From positions 64,001 to 128,000 of the forward strand of contig JBITAJ010000027.1 of the NCBI GenBank assembly GCA_044440125.1: a stretch of 64,000 nucleotides of DNA, written 5' to 3'. The position numbers and the translations under genes were made by a program. Below, one piece after another: positions 27,780 through 37,681 of this stretch. The notes under the pieces were generated by a model. That model had not been told where the DNA came from and did no database searches. It worked only from the letters and a program-made list of their open reading frames with translations. The stretch is from Sedimentisphaeraceae bacterium JB056. GTDB lineage: Bacteria; Planctomycetota; Phycisphaerae; Sedimentisphaerales; Sedimentisphaeraceae. Numbering within the stretch: the stretch's first letter is position 1; each line of letters starts with the position of its first letter.

Positions 27780-28706
27780 TCAAAGTTGTTCAAAGAGGTC
27801 GGTAGAAATATACCTTTCTCCTGTATCACACATTACTGTGACAATAGTCTTGCCGGCGTTTTCAGGCCTTTGCGCTAGCTGCATTGCTGCGTGGAAATTA
27901 GCGCCTGCACTAATTCCTACGAGCATACCTTCTTTTTGTGCTAATTCCTTTGAGCAGTTTATGGCATCGGCAGCATTAATTTGCATAACTTCGTCAATTA
28001 TCGCAGTGTTGAGTATATCAGGTACGAAGCCAGCTCCTATTCCCTGTATTTTATGCGGGCCTGGTTTGCCTCCGGAAAGTACCGCTGAGTCAGAAGGTTC
28101 AACTGCAACTATTTTAGTTTTCGGGTTTTGGGATTTGAAGTATTCACCACATCCGGTCAGTGTTCCACCAGTGCCTACGCCTGCAACGAACATATCAACA
28201 TCGCCATCTGCATCATCCCAGATTTCAACGGCGGTGGTTTTGCGATGTATTTCAGGGTTTGCCGGATTCTTGAACTGCTGTGGAATAAAACTGCCGTTGA
28301 GTTCTCCTGCTATCTCTTGAGCCTTTTCAATAGCGCCTCGCATTCCTTTTGATGAATCAGTCAAGACTATCTGGGCGCCCAACATCTTCAAAAGCTTGCG
28401 TCTTTCTACACTCATAGACTCGGGCATTGTGAGTATCAATTTGTATCCTCTTGATGCGCATACGAAAGCGAGTCCTATGCCTGTATTGCCGCTGGTTGGT
28501 TCGATTATTACGGAATCCTTGTTTATCAGACCATCCTGCTCGCCTCTTTCTATCATTGCAAGAGCGATTCTGTCTTTAACGCTTCCGCATGGATTGCAAA
28601 ACTCGCACTTTACAAGAATTTTAGCTGCCCCAGTGTTGATTCTTGTTATCTCAACCAATGGAGTATTTCCTATAGCAGTTGTTATTCCTTTGTAGATATT
28701 AGACAT
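27780..28706 (-). CDS. cysK: Cysteine synthase A
   Basis: NPCGSVKDR, EPTSGNTGIGLA, GVGTGGT, PGPHKIQGIGAG, DTGERY. Confidence 0.95.
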   Translation of the reverse strand: MSNIYKGITTAIGNTPLVEITRINTGAAKILVKCEFCNPCGSVKDRIALAMIERGEQDGLINKDSVIIEPTSGNTGIGLAFVCASRGYKLILTMPESMSVERRKLLKMLGAQIVLTDSSKGMRGAIEKAQEIAGELNGSFIPQQFKNPANPEIHRKTTAVEIWDDADGDVDMFVAGVGTGGTLTGCGEYFKSQNPKTKIVAVEPSDSAVLSGGKPGPHKIQGIGAGFVPDILNTAIIDEVMQINAADAINCSKELAQKEGMLVGISAGANFHAAMQLAQRPENAGKTIVTVMCDTGERYISTDLFEQL

Positions 28707-28794
28707 TTTACCCTCGTTTTCTCAACTTAATATTGTTCCATATTAACATTTAAAGTTTTGAGCTGCTTCTCGCTTCTCATACTTTTCCTTCAAA

Positions 28795-29727
28795 TCAAAT
28801 AACTATATAAAACTCTTCGCCAGATCTGTTTTCGCTGCGTATGATGTTCTTCTTTTTCAGTATTTCTATTTGTTCGTTTATTTTGTCTTCATCTAATCCA
28901 AGACTTGATGCCAAACCCTCCGCGGAGCATGGCCGCCTTTTGAGCGTGTCTATGACTCTTTCTATAAGACTTTCCGAGTTGCCGCTTTCTGATTTTCTTG
29001 TAAATTTTGCTATAACTTCTGCCTTGGGGCCGAGCAATGATGCAATTGAACGCAGTTTTTCCTCGTCAATGAGTTTGACGTTCATGCCTGAGGTTGGTCT
29101 TACGGCGGTATTGAGCTGGATTTTATCTGGATCTATTTTCTCTATGATCTCTTTGAATTTTGCTATATGAGCTTGATCGGTGTTTATGCCGTCGACCATG
29201 AAAACTTCAAGCCAGAATTGTCCCTTGAACTGACGGCGGAATTCGATGAGTCCATCCACCAGCTTCTGGAAAGAAATATCCTCTGCCGGTTTGTTTATTT
29301 TCTCAAACGTCTCCTGATCGCACGCATCAAGCGAGGGCATGACAACATCTGCCGCTGAAAGATCGTCTCTTACTTCTTTTTGCCAAAGCATAGTGCTGTT
29401 GGTGATAACAACTACCATTGTATCGGTAAGGTCTTTGATTCCTTTAAGGAGTTTGCCAATCTTGCTATGGAGCGTTGGCTCACCAGAGCCGCTGACAGTA
29501 ATGCAGTCTATTGCAGGATGCTCCTGGAGTTTTCGTTTTAGTTCCTCAAGAACCTCATCTATCGGAGCATACGATCCTCTTTCTGAGACAGGCGGTGCAT
29601 CTGTACAGAGCTGGCAATAAATGCAGTTCTGAGAGCAAGTTTTCATTGGAATTATGTCTACTCCCAGACTTAATCCCAATCGTCTTGACGGTACGGGGCC
29701 GAATATGTATTTATACTTCTTATTCAT
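28795..29727 (-). CDS. Radical SAM protein
   Basis: FGPVPSRRLGLSLGVD, CSQNCIYC, GSGEPTL. Confidence 0.9.
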   Translation of the reverse strand: MNKKYKYIFGPVPSRRLGLSLGVDIIPMKTCSQNCIYCQLCTDAPPVSERGSYAPIDEVLEELKRKLQEHPAIDCITVSGSGEPTLHSKIGKLLKGIKDLTDTMVVVITNSTMLWQKEVRDDLSAADVVMPSLDACDQETFEKINKPAEDISFQKLVDGLIEFRRQFKGQFWLEVFMVDGINTDQAHIAKFKEIIEKIDPDKIQLNTAVRPTSGMNVKLIDEEKLRSIASLLGPKAEVIAKFTRKSESGNSESLIERVIDTLKRRPCSAEGLASSLGLDEDKINEQIEILKKKNIIRSENRSGEEFYIVI

Positions 29728-29803
29728 TTTATTTGAAAGTTAGTAGAAAACAGTTCGTGGTTCGAAGCAATATTGAATTTGCTTTGCTCATATCCCCTGC
29801 GAA

Positions 29804-30628
29804 CTAACTTCTATCATTAACTATATCGAAAATCTTCTTACAAGTTACCACTGTATCTTTAACCCAGTCAAGAGGCATCATACATGCCGAATCGCACTTG
29901 GCTTCATCTAATCGCGGGTGAGTTTCGATGAACAGGGCGTTTGCTCCGGCTGCGATTGCTGCTTTTGCGAGGATAGGTCCTTTCTCACGGGCTCCGCCGC
30001 TGGAGTTGCCAAGACCTCCGGGCTGCTGGGTGCTGTGTGTTACATCAAAGACAACAGGGCAGCCCAGTGATTTCATTTCCTCAATGCCGCCCATATCGTT
30101 GACAAGTCTGTTGTAGCCGAAGAATGTGCCTCGTTCGGTAAGCATTATCTTGTCGTTACCGGATTCCCTGAGTTTATTTACCGCATTCTTCATCTCAATA
30201 GGAGATACGAATTGTCCTTTTTTGACACTTATAGGCAGTCCCGTTTTACTGCATGCAACTAACAGGTCGGTCTGGCGGCAAAGGAAGGCAGGTATCTGTA
30301 TGCAGTCAACCGTGTCAGCAACTACTTGCGCCTGGTGCGGTTCGTGAATATCGGTCATCACGGGCAGTCCTGTACGCCTTGATATTGTGCTGAGTATTTC
30401 CATTCCCTTTTGAAGCCCGGGGCCTCGAAAACTGCCAATACTTGTGCGGTTTGCTTTGTCAAAACTTGATTTGAAAATAAACTTTATTCCGGTTTCTTCC
30501 TGAAGCTGAACTAATCTTTCAGCTGTTTCCAGGCAAACATCAAGGCTTTCTATTACGCATGGACCAGCCATCACGAACATGTCATTGTCAATACCTACGG
30601 TGATATCACCTATATTAAAATCTGTCAT
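29804..30628 (-). CDS. kdsA: KDO 8-phosphate synthase
   Basis: AGPCVIES, DKANRTS, QIPAFLCRQTDL, KKGQF, ERG, DVTHSTQ. Confidence 0.95.
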   Translation of the reverse strand: MTDFNIGDITVGIDNDMFVMAGPCVIESLDVCLETAERLVQLQEETGIKFIFKSSFDKANRTSIGSFRGPGLQKGMEILSTISRRTGLPVMTDIHEPHQAQVVADTVDCIQIPAFLCRQTDLLVACSKTGLPISVKKGQFVSPIEMKNAVNKLRESGNDKIMLTERGTFFGYNRLVNDMGGIEEMKSLGCPVVFDVTHSTQQPGGLGNSSGGAREKGPILAKAAIAAGANALFIETHPRLDEAKCDSACMMPLDWVKDTVVTCKKIFDIVNDRS

Positions 30629-30997
30629 TATTATTCCTGTTGTTTATATATATGATTTATGTGCAACCTTGCTAACAATATCTGATTTTATCACAATTTA
30701 GGGTGATTAGCAAAAAAATATTAATTAATAGCCCTAAAACCTGAGGCTTCATTATTCTGATTCGTACGCACGATGTTTTTATAAAGGGAAGCAACTTAGC
30801 TGTAAAATTAAGCAATTAGAGGCGTTTGAAATCCCATAGGCAAATACCGCTGGTAAAATAAGGAAATCCCCTATTTACTTAATTGCCGCTTGGAAGTATC
30901 ATGAAGTCCAAGTTAATGTTGACTGTGACATTACAGAAAGAGCAGCAGGATATTTAATATTGTCTGCTTGCAAAGGTTGTAGCTGAGGTAAAAAACT

Positions 30998-31180
30998 ATG
31001 AACGTTAAAATAACAGATGAATGTATAAATTGCGGTGTATGCTGTGACATATGCCCTGACGTTTTCGGGCCGGGGGATGAGTATGCAGTTGTTAAAAATA
31101 ATCCGGTTGATGAAAGTTACAGGGATGAAGTCGAGGACGCAGCTGATTCCTGCCCGACTTCAGCCATAATCGTTGATTGA
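30998..31180 (+). CDS. Single-cluster ferredoxin
   Basis: CINCGVC..ICPDVF...ADSCPTSAI. Confidence 0.88.
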   Translation: MNVKITDECINCGVCCDICPDVFGPGDEYAVVKNNPVDESYRDEVEDAADSCPTSAIIVD

Positions 31181-31217
31181 TTCGCATTTAGAGTTTTAGA
31201 GAGAGAAGAAGGAAAAT

Positions 31218-31616
31218 ATGGCACAGAAACTATCAGAACAGTTTAAGACGGCAGACTGGAAGAATGAAAAACATGTTCCGGTGATTGAGTGCAGTGATAC
31301 TGTTGAAAAAGGGCAGTTATTCAATGTAAAGGTAACAGTAGGCAAAGAGGTTGCTCATCCTAATACGACAGCACATCATATAAGATGGATCAAGCTGCTT
31401 GTTAAGGAGGAAGGTAGTAAGGCTCTTGTTGAGATAGCGAATATGGAGTTCAATGCGCATGGGGCATCAGCAGATGGCGCTGATACAAGCGGGATTTATA
31501 CCAATCATGAAGCAATAATAAGCATGAAAATGGAGAAATCGGGAACGCTTTACGCAATGTCGTACTGTAATATACACGGTCTGTGGGAGTCAATGAGGGA
31601 GATTAAGGTAGACTAA
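31218..31616 (+). CDS. Class II superoxide reductase-like (neelaredoxin/SORL) protein
   Basis: EKHVP, HPNTTAHHIRWI, YCNIHGLW iron ligands. Confidence 0.88.
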   Translation: MAQKLSEQFKTADWKNEKHVPVIECSDTVEKGQLFNVKVTVGKEVAHPNTTAHHIRWIKLLVKEEGSKALVEIANMEFNAHGASADGADTSGIYTNHEAIISMKMEKSGTLYAMSYCNIHGLWESMREIKVD

Positions 31617-31707
31617 ACAGACAATGGACAGATGTTTTTTGGCAAAACGGGGAAGGTTAGTCAAAATATCATCTGAGAGGAGAAATAACCAAGTGAGTTA
31701 CGGGAGG

Positions 31708-31749
31708 AGTGTCCGGCCATGGTGTAATATCAGGGCCGGACACTTTTTT
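31708..31749 (+). terminator. Intrinsic terminator
   Basis: agtgtccggcc / ggccggacact stem plus T tract. Confidence 0.75.
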
Positions 31750-31944
31750 ATTGCTTAATATTGATTTTCAGCCGTCATTTTGTTTTCTTGCAAGCATCCT
31801 GCATGAAATTGCGAAGTCATAGGTATTTTATATATCCTTTTATTCTTGACAATCCACTTCAATAGCTTATCCTTTCCATCAATTTTGTTTTGAGAAACTT
31901 GCTCTGTTTAACATTTCGTTTACTGCATTAAAACTTATTTTTAA

Positions 31945-32646
31945 ATGGTTAATCCCGATATGAGAAAATATAAAGCCTTCACTCTTATAGAGTTACTTGT
32001 TGTAATAGGTATAATAGCAATACTGATGAGCATTCTTATGCCGTCTCTTGCAAAAGCAAGAGCTATGGCTGCGCGTACTCTTTGCGGAAGTAATGCCAGG
32101 CAGATATATCTTGCAACGAATATGTATGTTCAAGATAATGATGGCAAATACCCTTGCATTGATGATCCTGTTTCCGGTACTGTCTGGCTTTGGATGGGAA
32201 GGGGTTTCAGGCAATTCGTCAAGCCTTACCTTGATAACCAGGAGGGCAGGACTTCTGTGCTTTGCTGTCCGGGGGACAAAACGGCTGATAATAAATATGA
32301 AGCTACAAGTTACGCCTATTCGATGACTTTTTATCACAGTCCTGAGCAAATCAACAGTATTACAAGTATAGCAGGGACTTACGGTGCCAAAGCACCGAAA
32401 TCTATTGCTCAAAAGGCAGGTTTCGTTTTAAATCCTTCAAAGAAGATAGTTTATGGTGAGTGGTTAAGCAACCATCTGCCTTTAGACAGCGATAGCGGCT
32501 GGTGGGTATGGGACGGAACAAGGAATTTTGTACTTGCCGATGGGCACGTTGAATTTGTAAATGCTTCAGATATCAAGGCGGCAAATGACGGTTTGCCCGA
32601 CCCGAATCTTACAAAAGATGGCGTTAAAGGTTCCGATTTGAAATAA
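31945..32646 (+). CDS. Prepilin-type N-terminal cleavage/methylation protein (DUF1559-like); start may be ATG 31960
   Basis: AFTLIELLVVIGIIAILMSILMPSLAKAR; CPGD; RNFVLADGHV. Confidence 0.88.
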   Translation: MVNPDMRKYKAFTLIELLVVIGIIAILMSILMPSLAKARAMAARTLCGSNARQIYLATNMYVQDNDGKYPCIDDPVSGTVWLWMGRGFRQFVKPYLDNQEGRTSVLCCPGDKTADNKYEATSYAYSMTFYHSPEQINSITSIAGTYGAKAPKSIAQKAGFVLNPSKKIVYGEWLSNHLPLDSDSGWWVWDGTRNFVLADGHVEFVNASDIKAANDGLPDPNLTKDGVKGSDLK

Positions 32647-32807
32647 GTTTGTTGAAATTTTCGTCTATAATAATACCATAGTAAATTCAGGCTGATTTTT
32701 CCGAACATATATCAGCCGCATTACGTAACTGATTTTGATATAATATTATTAAATAATGTCAGAAACGTAATTTTTTTTATATATAGTTATTATTATAGGT
32801 TATAAAA

Positions 32808-33683
32808 GTGGATAAAGAGAGCGATTTATTTAATGTTAGCGGTTATACTGCAATAGTATGCCTGATGCTTGCATTTTTCTCTTTTCCAGCACTATCAGAG
32901 ATTGTCAACGGTGATTTCGAACTAAGTGAGCCCAATGACTTGGGTTCAATACCCACAGGCTGGATAACAGAGAACTATGCAATGGTTCACGATACTTTCA
33001 CACCGGTTTTCGAAAGGGGACAATCTGTTACCTGGAGTTTCCCAGATTCTACTGTAACACCCGCAGAGGGTGAGTCTTTTCTTGTGATATCAACCGGAGA
33101 TATAGGTGTTGATACTGCAAGTACTTACGGTTTGGCTAAGCAGTTATGCACGTTTGAAGAAGGCCAGACTCTTCACGGCAAGTATTTCTTTGGAACGGGT
33201 GACTATCTTGGCTGGAATGATTATGCTGAAATATGGCTGGCTCCTTACGATCCTAATGTTTCTCGTGGCATTACGATTCAAAGTGTTGATGTCAGCATTG
33301 TTGGTGATTACCAGTCTACTGATGGGTGGCAGACTTTTTCGCATACTTTTACGGCTCAGGATGCCGGGGATTATTACATTATTTTCGGCGTTTATGACAA
33401 ACAGGATGCGATATATAAGTCATATCTTATGATAGATGATGTGAAGTGCAGCACTTTGCCTCCCGGCGGCGATTTCAATGCCGATGGAGATGTTAATTAT
33501 GAAGATATAACTACTTTTAACGAAGTTCTTTATCAGGATTGTACAGATCCTAATGCAATATGCACATACACTGATATTAGTGGTAATGAAGTAAGTTATG
33601 ATTATAATCAGGATGGTTTACTGACTCCTGAGGATGTTGTTCCGGTAACTCAGAACTGGTTATGGAATGATGAGTCATATTAG
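32808..33683 (+). CDS. Secreted protein with a jelly-roll-like domain and a dockerin/EF-hand-like tail
   Basis: Signal-like hydrophobic N-terminus; IVNGDFE; GDFNADGDVNYED; DYNQDGLLTPED..NWL. Confidence 0.65.
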   Translation: MDKESDLFNVSGYTAIVCLMLAFFSFPALSEIVNGDFELSEPNDLGSIPTGWITENYAMVHDTFTPVFERGQSVTWSFPDSTVTPAEGESFLVISTGDIGVDTASTYGLAKQLCTFEEGQTLHGKYFFGTGDYLGWNDYAEIWLAPYDPNVSRGITIQSVDVSIVGDYQSTDGWQTFSHTFTAQDAGDYYIIFGVYDKQDAIYKSYLMIDDVKCSTLPPGGDFNADGDVNYEDITTFNEVLYQDCTDPNAICTYTDISGNEVSYDYNQDGLLTPEDVVPVTQNWLWNDESY

Positions 33684-33929
33684 CATCAAATGTTAAGGTT
33701 TTAGTCTTAGCTTCATAATACATTTCTTTTAAGTTTCTTGGATTGATGGTGTTTTTGTGGTTTCTACTGAAATACACGATTTCAGCTATCTAACTTTATG
33801 CCGTTCTCTGCACTTTCATTGAAGTTATTAGCTGTGCCTTAGATTAATAATATTTGCAAAACGCTTGGTTTAATGGTATATTGAGAACTATATTGTAGAA
33901 TTATTTATATCACTATATGAAAGGTATTT

Positions 33930-34280
33930 GTGATGAATGTTGGAGGATATCCTGTCACAGGCGTTACTTCAGGTACAACTGTTGTTAAGAGAGAATCGGT
34001 AGCGACCAAAGAGTCAATAAAGAGGCTAGCAAAAAAGCTTGATAAAGTTTTGCTGATTAATGAGGCCATGTGGGAGATACTTCGTGATGAGCACGGGTAT
34101 ACTGACGAGAAGCTCAAGAAGAAAATCCGAGAGGTTGATCTGCGCGATGGTGTTGAGGATGGAAAGAACCAGCCACGTGAAGCACTTACCTGCCCAAGTT
34201 GCGGCAGAAACTCATTAAGAAGGAACAGGAACTGCATGTATTGCGGGACCGAAATAAACACTTCATTGTTTTCTGTGTAA
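33930..34280 (+). CDS. Hypothetical protein with C-terminal zinc ribbon
   Basis: EVDLRDGVEDG; CPSCG...CMYCG. Confidence 0.7.
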   Translation: MMNVGGYPVTGVTSGTTVVKRESVATKESIKRLAKKLDKVLLINEAMWEILRDEHGYTDEKLKKKIREVDLRDGVEDGKNQPREALTCPSCGRNSLRRNRNCMYCGTEINTSLFSV

Positions 34281-34461
34281 AGAGGATGTGTTTTCTCTTT
34301 AAGAACGAACTGTTCAAAAGTTTTTCTAACTTCATAACAAGTTGTTGAAGATTTGCCATAAAAGCCTATACTATAAGGCTGTATTGATTGGGTGAAGTTC
34401 GTCTTGAACTTTGCTTTATGTTATTAGAATTTAAAATGGTTGGCGTTTCGATGTCGATCCT

Positions 34462-35859
34462 ATGGGTATATTTATGGCAGAAGTCGACATAAAAGATCTT
34501 GTTCAGCAGGTTCGCGATCTCCTTGAGACCGGCAGTGATGCTGCGCTCAGAGAGCTTTTTGAAGAGCAGCGAACAAGTGACATAGCAGAGATTGTCGAGT
34601 ATCTTGGTGCAGACGAGGGGTCTCTTGTATTTAACTTCTTGCCTCACGAAGAGGCTGCTGAAGTTTTTGAGAAAATACACGAATCCATTCGTCATGAACT
34701 TTATGATGTTTTGGATAGTGATTATCTCAAGCAGATTATTCTTGAGTTAGACCTTGACGATGCGGCTGATATTTTAAGTGAGCTTCCCGTAGAAGATACG
34801 CAGGAGCTGCTTAAGAATATGGAGCCTGAGGAATCAGCTAAGATTAGAGATCTTATGCGGTATTCTGAGGATTCTGCCGGCGGTATTATGGACCCAGTTC
34901 TGCTTGCTCTTCGTGGTAACCAAACAGTTGCCGAGGCTATCAGGCAGATAAGAGACCATGAAATAGATGAAGACTTTTTTGCTGTTTTTGTTACAGATCG
35001 TGATGGGCGTTATCTTGGTGATGTGAGGATAAGAAGTCTTATTACTTCTAAGCCAGATACTCCGCTTAAAGATCTTATCGAAGAGGATGAGTTTTTTGTC
35101 AGGGTTAGCGATGATCAGGAAGAAATTAGAAATATATTCAGCAAAAATGACCTGATTGTTGTTCCTGTAGTGGATGAGAGCGGATTTCTTGTCGGTAGGA
35201 TTACGGCCGACAGGGTTATTGAGGTTGCAGAAGAAGAGGCTGCGGAAGATATCTATGCTATGGCTGGTACTGATGCCGGTGAGCGTGAATTACCTTCGGC
35301 CTTCAATGCCGCCAGAGTTCGTATGACATGGCTTTTGCCTTGCATGCTTGGTACCGGTATTACAGCGGCTGTTATGCTTACTTTTCAGCGTTCTTTTTCA
35401 GAAGTTTACCTGGTAGCGGCAGCGTTTGCTCCTATGATTGGAGCTATAAGCGGAAATGCAGGCTTGCAGACTTCCGCTATAGTTGTTTGCGGTCTTGCTA
35501 CAGGACACCTTGCAGCGAATAAGATAAGTCAGGTATTCTTAAGAGAGACACGTATTGCGGCTCTTGTTGCGTTGTGTTGTGGTATTGTTGGCGGTGTTAT
35601 CTATTCATTGCTCTCAGGACGTGTAGGGCATGAACTTCCTATGGGAGTTAGTTTGATTCAGACGACAGTTGCTTTTGGACTTTCGATGTTTATGGCGATA
35701 ATAGTGTCTACTACTCTTGGTCTGTCCTTGCCGTTTCTATTCAAGAAAGTTGGTATTGATCCTGCTATAAGTTCAGGTCCGCTTGTCACTACGGCCAACG
35801 ATTCAATAAGCGTAACTATATATATGCTTACTACTTTGTTTTTTATGTCATTGAGTTGA
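34462..35859 (+). CDS. mgtE: Magnesium transporter MgtE (start may be ATG 34474)
   Basis: YSEDSAGGIM, CBS pair, GNAGLQTS, IDPAISSGPLVTT. Confidence 0.93.
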   Translation: MGIFMAEVDIKDLVQQVRDLLETGSDAALRELFEEQRTSDIAEIVEYLGADEGSLVFNFLPHEEAAEVFEKIHESIRHELYDVLDSDYLKQIILELDLDDAADILSELPVEDTQELLKNMEPEESAKIRDLMRYSEDSAGGIMDPVLLALRGNQTVAEAIRQIRDHEIDEDFFAVFVTDRDGRYLGDVRIRSLITSKPDTPLKDLIEEDEFFVRVSDDQEEIRNIFSKNDLIVVPVVDESGFLVGRITADRVIEVAEEEAAEDIYAMAGTDAGERELPSAFNAARVRMTWLLPCMLGTGITAAVMLTFQRSFSEVYLVAAAFAPMIGAISGNAGLQTSAIVVCGLATGHLAANKISQVFLRETRIAALVALCCGIVGGVIYSLLSGRVGHELPMGVSLIQTTVAFGLSMFMAIIVSTTLGLSLPFLFKKVGIDPAISSGPLVTTANDSISVTIYMLTTLFFMSLS

Positions 35860-35866
35860 GGAATAA

Positions 35867-36769
35867 ATGCTTCTTGTAACAGGTTCGATAGGAATTGATA
35901 CAGTAGAGACCCCTTTTGGCAAAAGTGAAGATTGTCTTGGCGGTTCTGCTATATATTTTAGTCTTGCAGCGAGTAATTTTTCAGATGTAAGGTTCTTGGG
36001 AGTTGTCGGTGAAGACTGCCCGTTTGATCTCGAAGAGGTCTTTGATGGTAGAAAAGTTGATCTGACAGGTCTGGAGTATCGTAAAGGAAGCCGTACTTTT
36101 CGCTGGCATGGATCATATGCAGGTTCTATGAATGACGCTCAAACGCATCTTACAGAGCTTAATGTTCTTGGTGAGCAGCCTGCAGTTTTTCCTGAATCTT
36201 ATACAGACAGCGAGTATGTTTTTCTTGCCAATACCCATCCTTCAATACAGATAAGCTTGCTTGACAAACTTGAGAATTGTAAGTTTTCTGCAGCTGATAC
36301 GATGAATCTTTGGATAGATACGACCAATGATGAACTCAAAGAGATGATAAGCCGTATTGATATGCTTTTTATTAATGATTCTGAGGCCAGGCTTCTTACC
36401 GGAAAGTATAACCTTGTTTCTGCGTGCGAGGATATTCTTGATATGGGGCCCCAGGTCGTTGTTTTGAAAAAAGGAGAGAATGGTGTTTTTATGGCCGAGA
36501 AAGAGGGCAGCTATTTTGCTCTTCCGGCTTTCCCAACCTCACATGTGAAGGATCCTACAGGTGCGGGTGATTCTTTTGCCGGAGGAGTAATGGGATATAT
36601 AGCTAATGCAGGTAACACGGATATATCGATCATTCGCAATGCACTTGCCTTTGGTACTGCTTGTGCATCATTTACGATAAGCGAATTTTCGACTCTGGGC
36701 CTGCAGAAAGCCGACATGAAGCTTATAGAGGCACGAGTCGAGATGCTTCGAAGCTTCATTAGTTTTTGA
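35867..36769 (+). CDS. PfkB family carbohydrate/nucleoside kinase
   Basis: GGSAIYF, DTMNLWI, INDSEA, DPTGAGDSFAGG. Confidence 0.9.
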   Translation: MLLVTGSIGIDTVETPFGKSEDCLGGSAIYFSLAASNFSDVRFLGVVGEDCPFDLEEVFDGRKVDLTGLEYRKGSRTFRWHGSYAGSMNDAQTHLTELNVLGEQPAVFPESYTDSEYVFLANTHPSIQISLLDKLENCKFSAADTMNLWIDTTNDELKEMISRIDMLFINDSEARLLTGKYNLVSACEDILDMGPQVVVLKKGENGVFMAEKEGSYFALPAFPTSHVKDPTGAGDSFAGGVMGYIANAGNTDISIIRNALAFGTACASFTISEFSTLGLQKADMKLIEARVEMLRSFISF

Positions 36770-36770
36770 A

Positions 36771-36798
36771 TTGACACAAGTTCTTAATTAAATAAACT
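36771..36798 (+). promoter_or_regulatory. Candidate sigma70 promoter for the RRM gene
   Basis: TTGACA-N16-TAAACT. Confidence 0.5.
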
Positions 36799-36829
36799 TA
36801 AGATTTTGCTGTCATGCAGTATTAATGTG

Positions 36830-36935
36830 AGTACGACCGTTTTTAGATGCCGTATTAAAAACTTATGCAAAATGCCCGAGATCCACAGGCATTGATTAGA
36901 AGTGGAGATATTTCCACCGGCATACGGTTGTTACT
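36830..36935 (+). ncRNA. Candidate structured 5' leader (multi-stem junction)
   Basis: agta.cgaccgt/acggttg.tact, atgccg/cggcat, aatgcc/ggcatt, gtgga/tccac nested pairings. Confidence 0.5.
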
Positions 36936-36977
36936 TTTGAAGATTAGTTTTATATTAACTATGGAGTTAAAATTAGA

Positions 36978-37634
36978 ATGAATGATTTTTTTAAGAAACT
37001 TTGCCCTATAGCGGCAGTGGTATGTTTTGCTTTGTGTTTTGTTGGTGCGATGGGTGTTGTAAAAAACGCACCCGATGATCTTTGGAAAGCAGTTGGATTA
37101 TTCTTTGTTGGAATGTCCATATTTGTTTTGTTTACGCTCTTTGCTCTTCCGGCATTAGGCAGCAGCAAAAACACAGGAGCACCTAAAAAGACTTATAAGA
37201 GCAATTATAATAAAGACTCTAAGGGTAGTGAAAAAGGCCCGAAGTCACCTAAAACTCAAAATACTAAACCAAAGGCTTCAGAGAAGCAGACTGGCGATAA
37301 AATCAAACCAAAAGAGACAATCAGAAGAGATAATGGCGAGCAGATAAATGACGACTCCGGTCCTGTCACTTTATATATCTGCAATTTGTCAACAGATACA
37401 AGTGAACTTGACCTTCGTGAAGAGTTTGGCGTTTTTGGTCTTGTCAAGTCTGTCAGGCTTGTAGCCGACAAGGAGACAGGAGTATCCAAAGGATATGCTT
37501 TTGTCGAGATGGAAAACAAGGTGGAAGCGACGCTTGCAATGGACGATATCAATGGCCAGGAGATTAAGGGGCAGGAAGTGAAAGTATCTTACGCTCGCCG
37601 TAAGAACAGAGGAAGAAGAAACTACAAGAAATAA
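36978..37634 (+). CDS. RRM RNA-binding protein with two N-terminal transmembrane helices
   Basis: RNP2 LYICNL, RNP1 KGYAFVEM; two hydrophobic helices in residues ~9-60; Lys-rich linker. Confidence 0.85.
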   Translation: MNDFFKKLCPIAAVVCFALCFVGAMGVVKNAPDDLWKAVGLFFVGMSIFVLFTLFALPALGSSKNTGAPKKTYKSNYNKDSKGSEKGPKSPKTQNTKPKASEKQTGDKIKPKETIRRDNGEQINDDSGPVTLYICNLSTDTSELDLREEFGVFGLVKSVRLVADKETGVSKGYAFVEMENKVEATLAMDDINGQEIKGQEVKVSYARRKNRGRRNYKK

Positions 37635-37681
37635 GAAAGTAATGATTAGATACCGGTTTATGTGCCGGTTATGGAGAAAGA

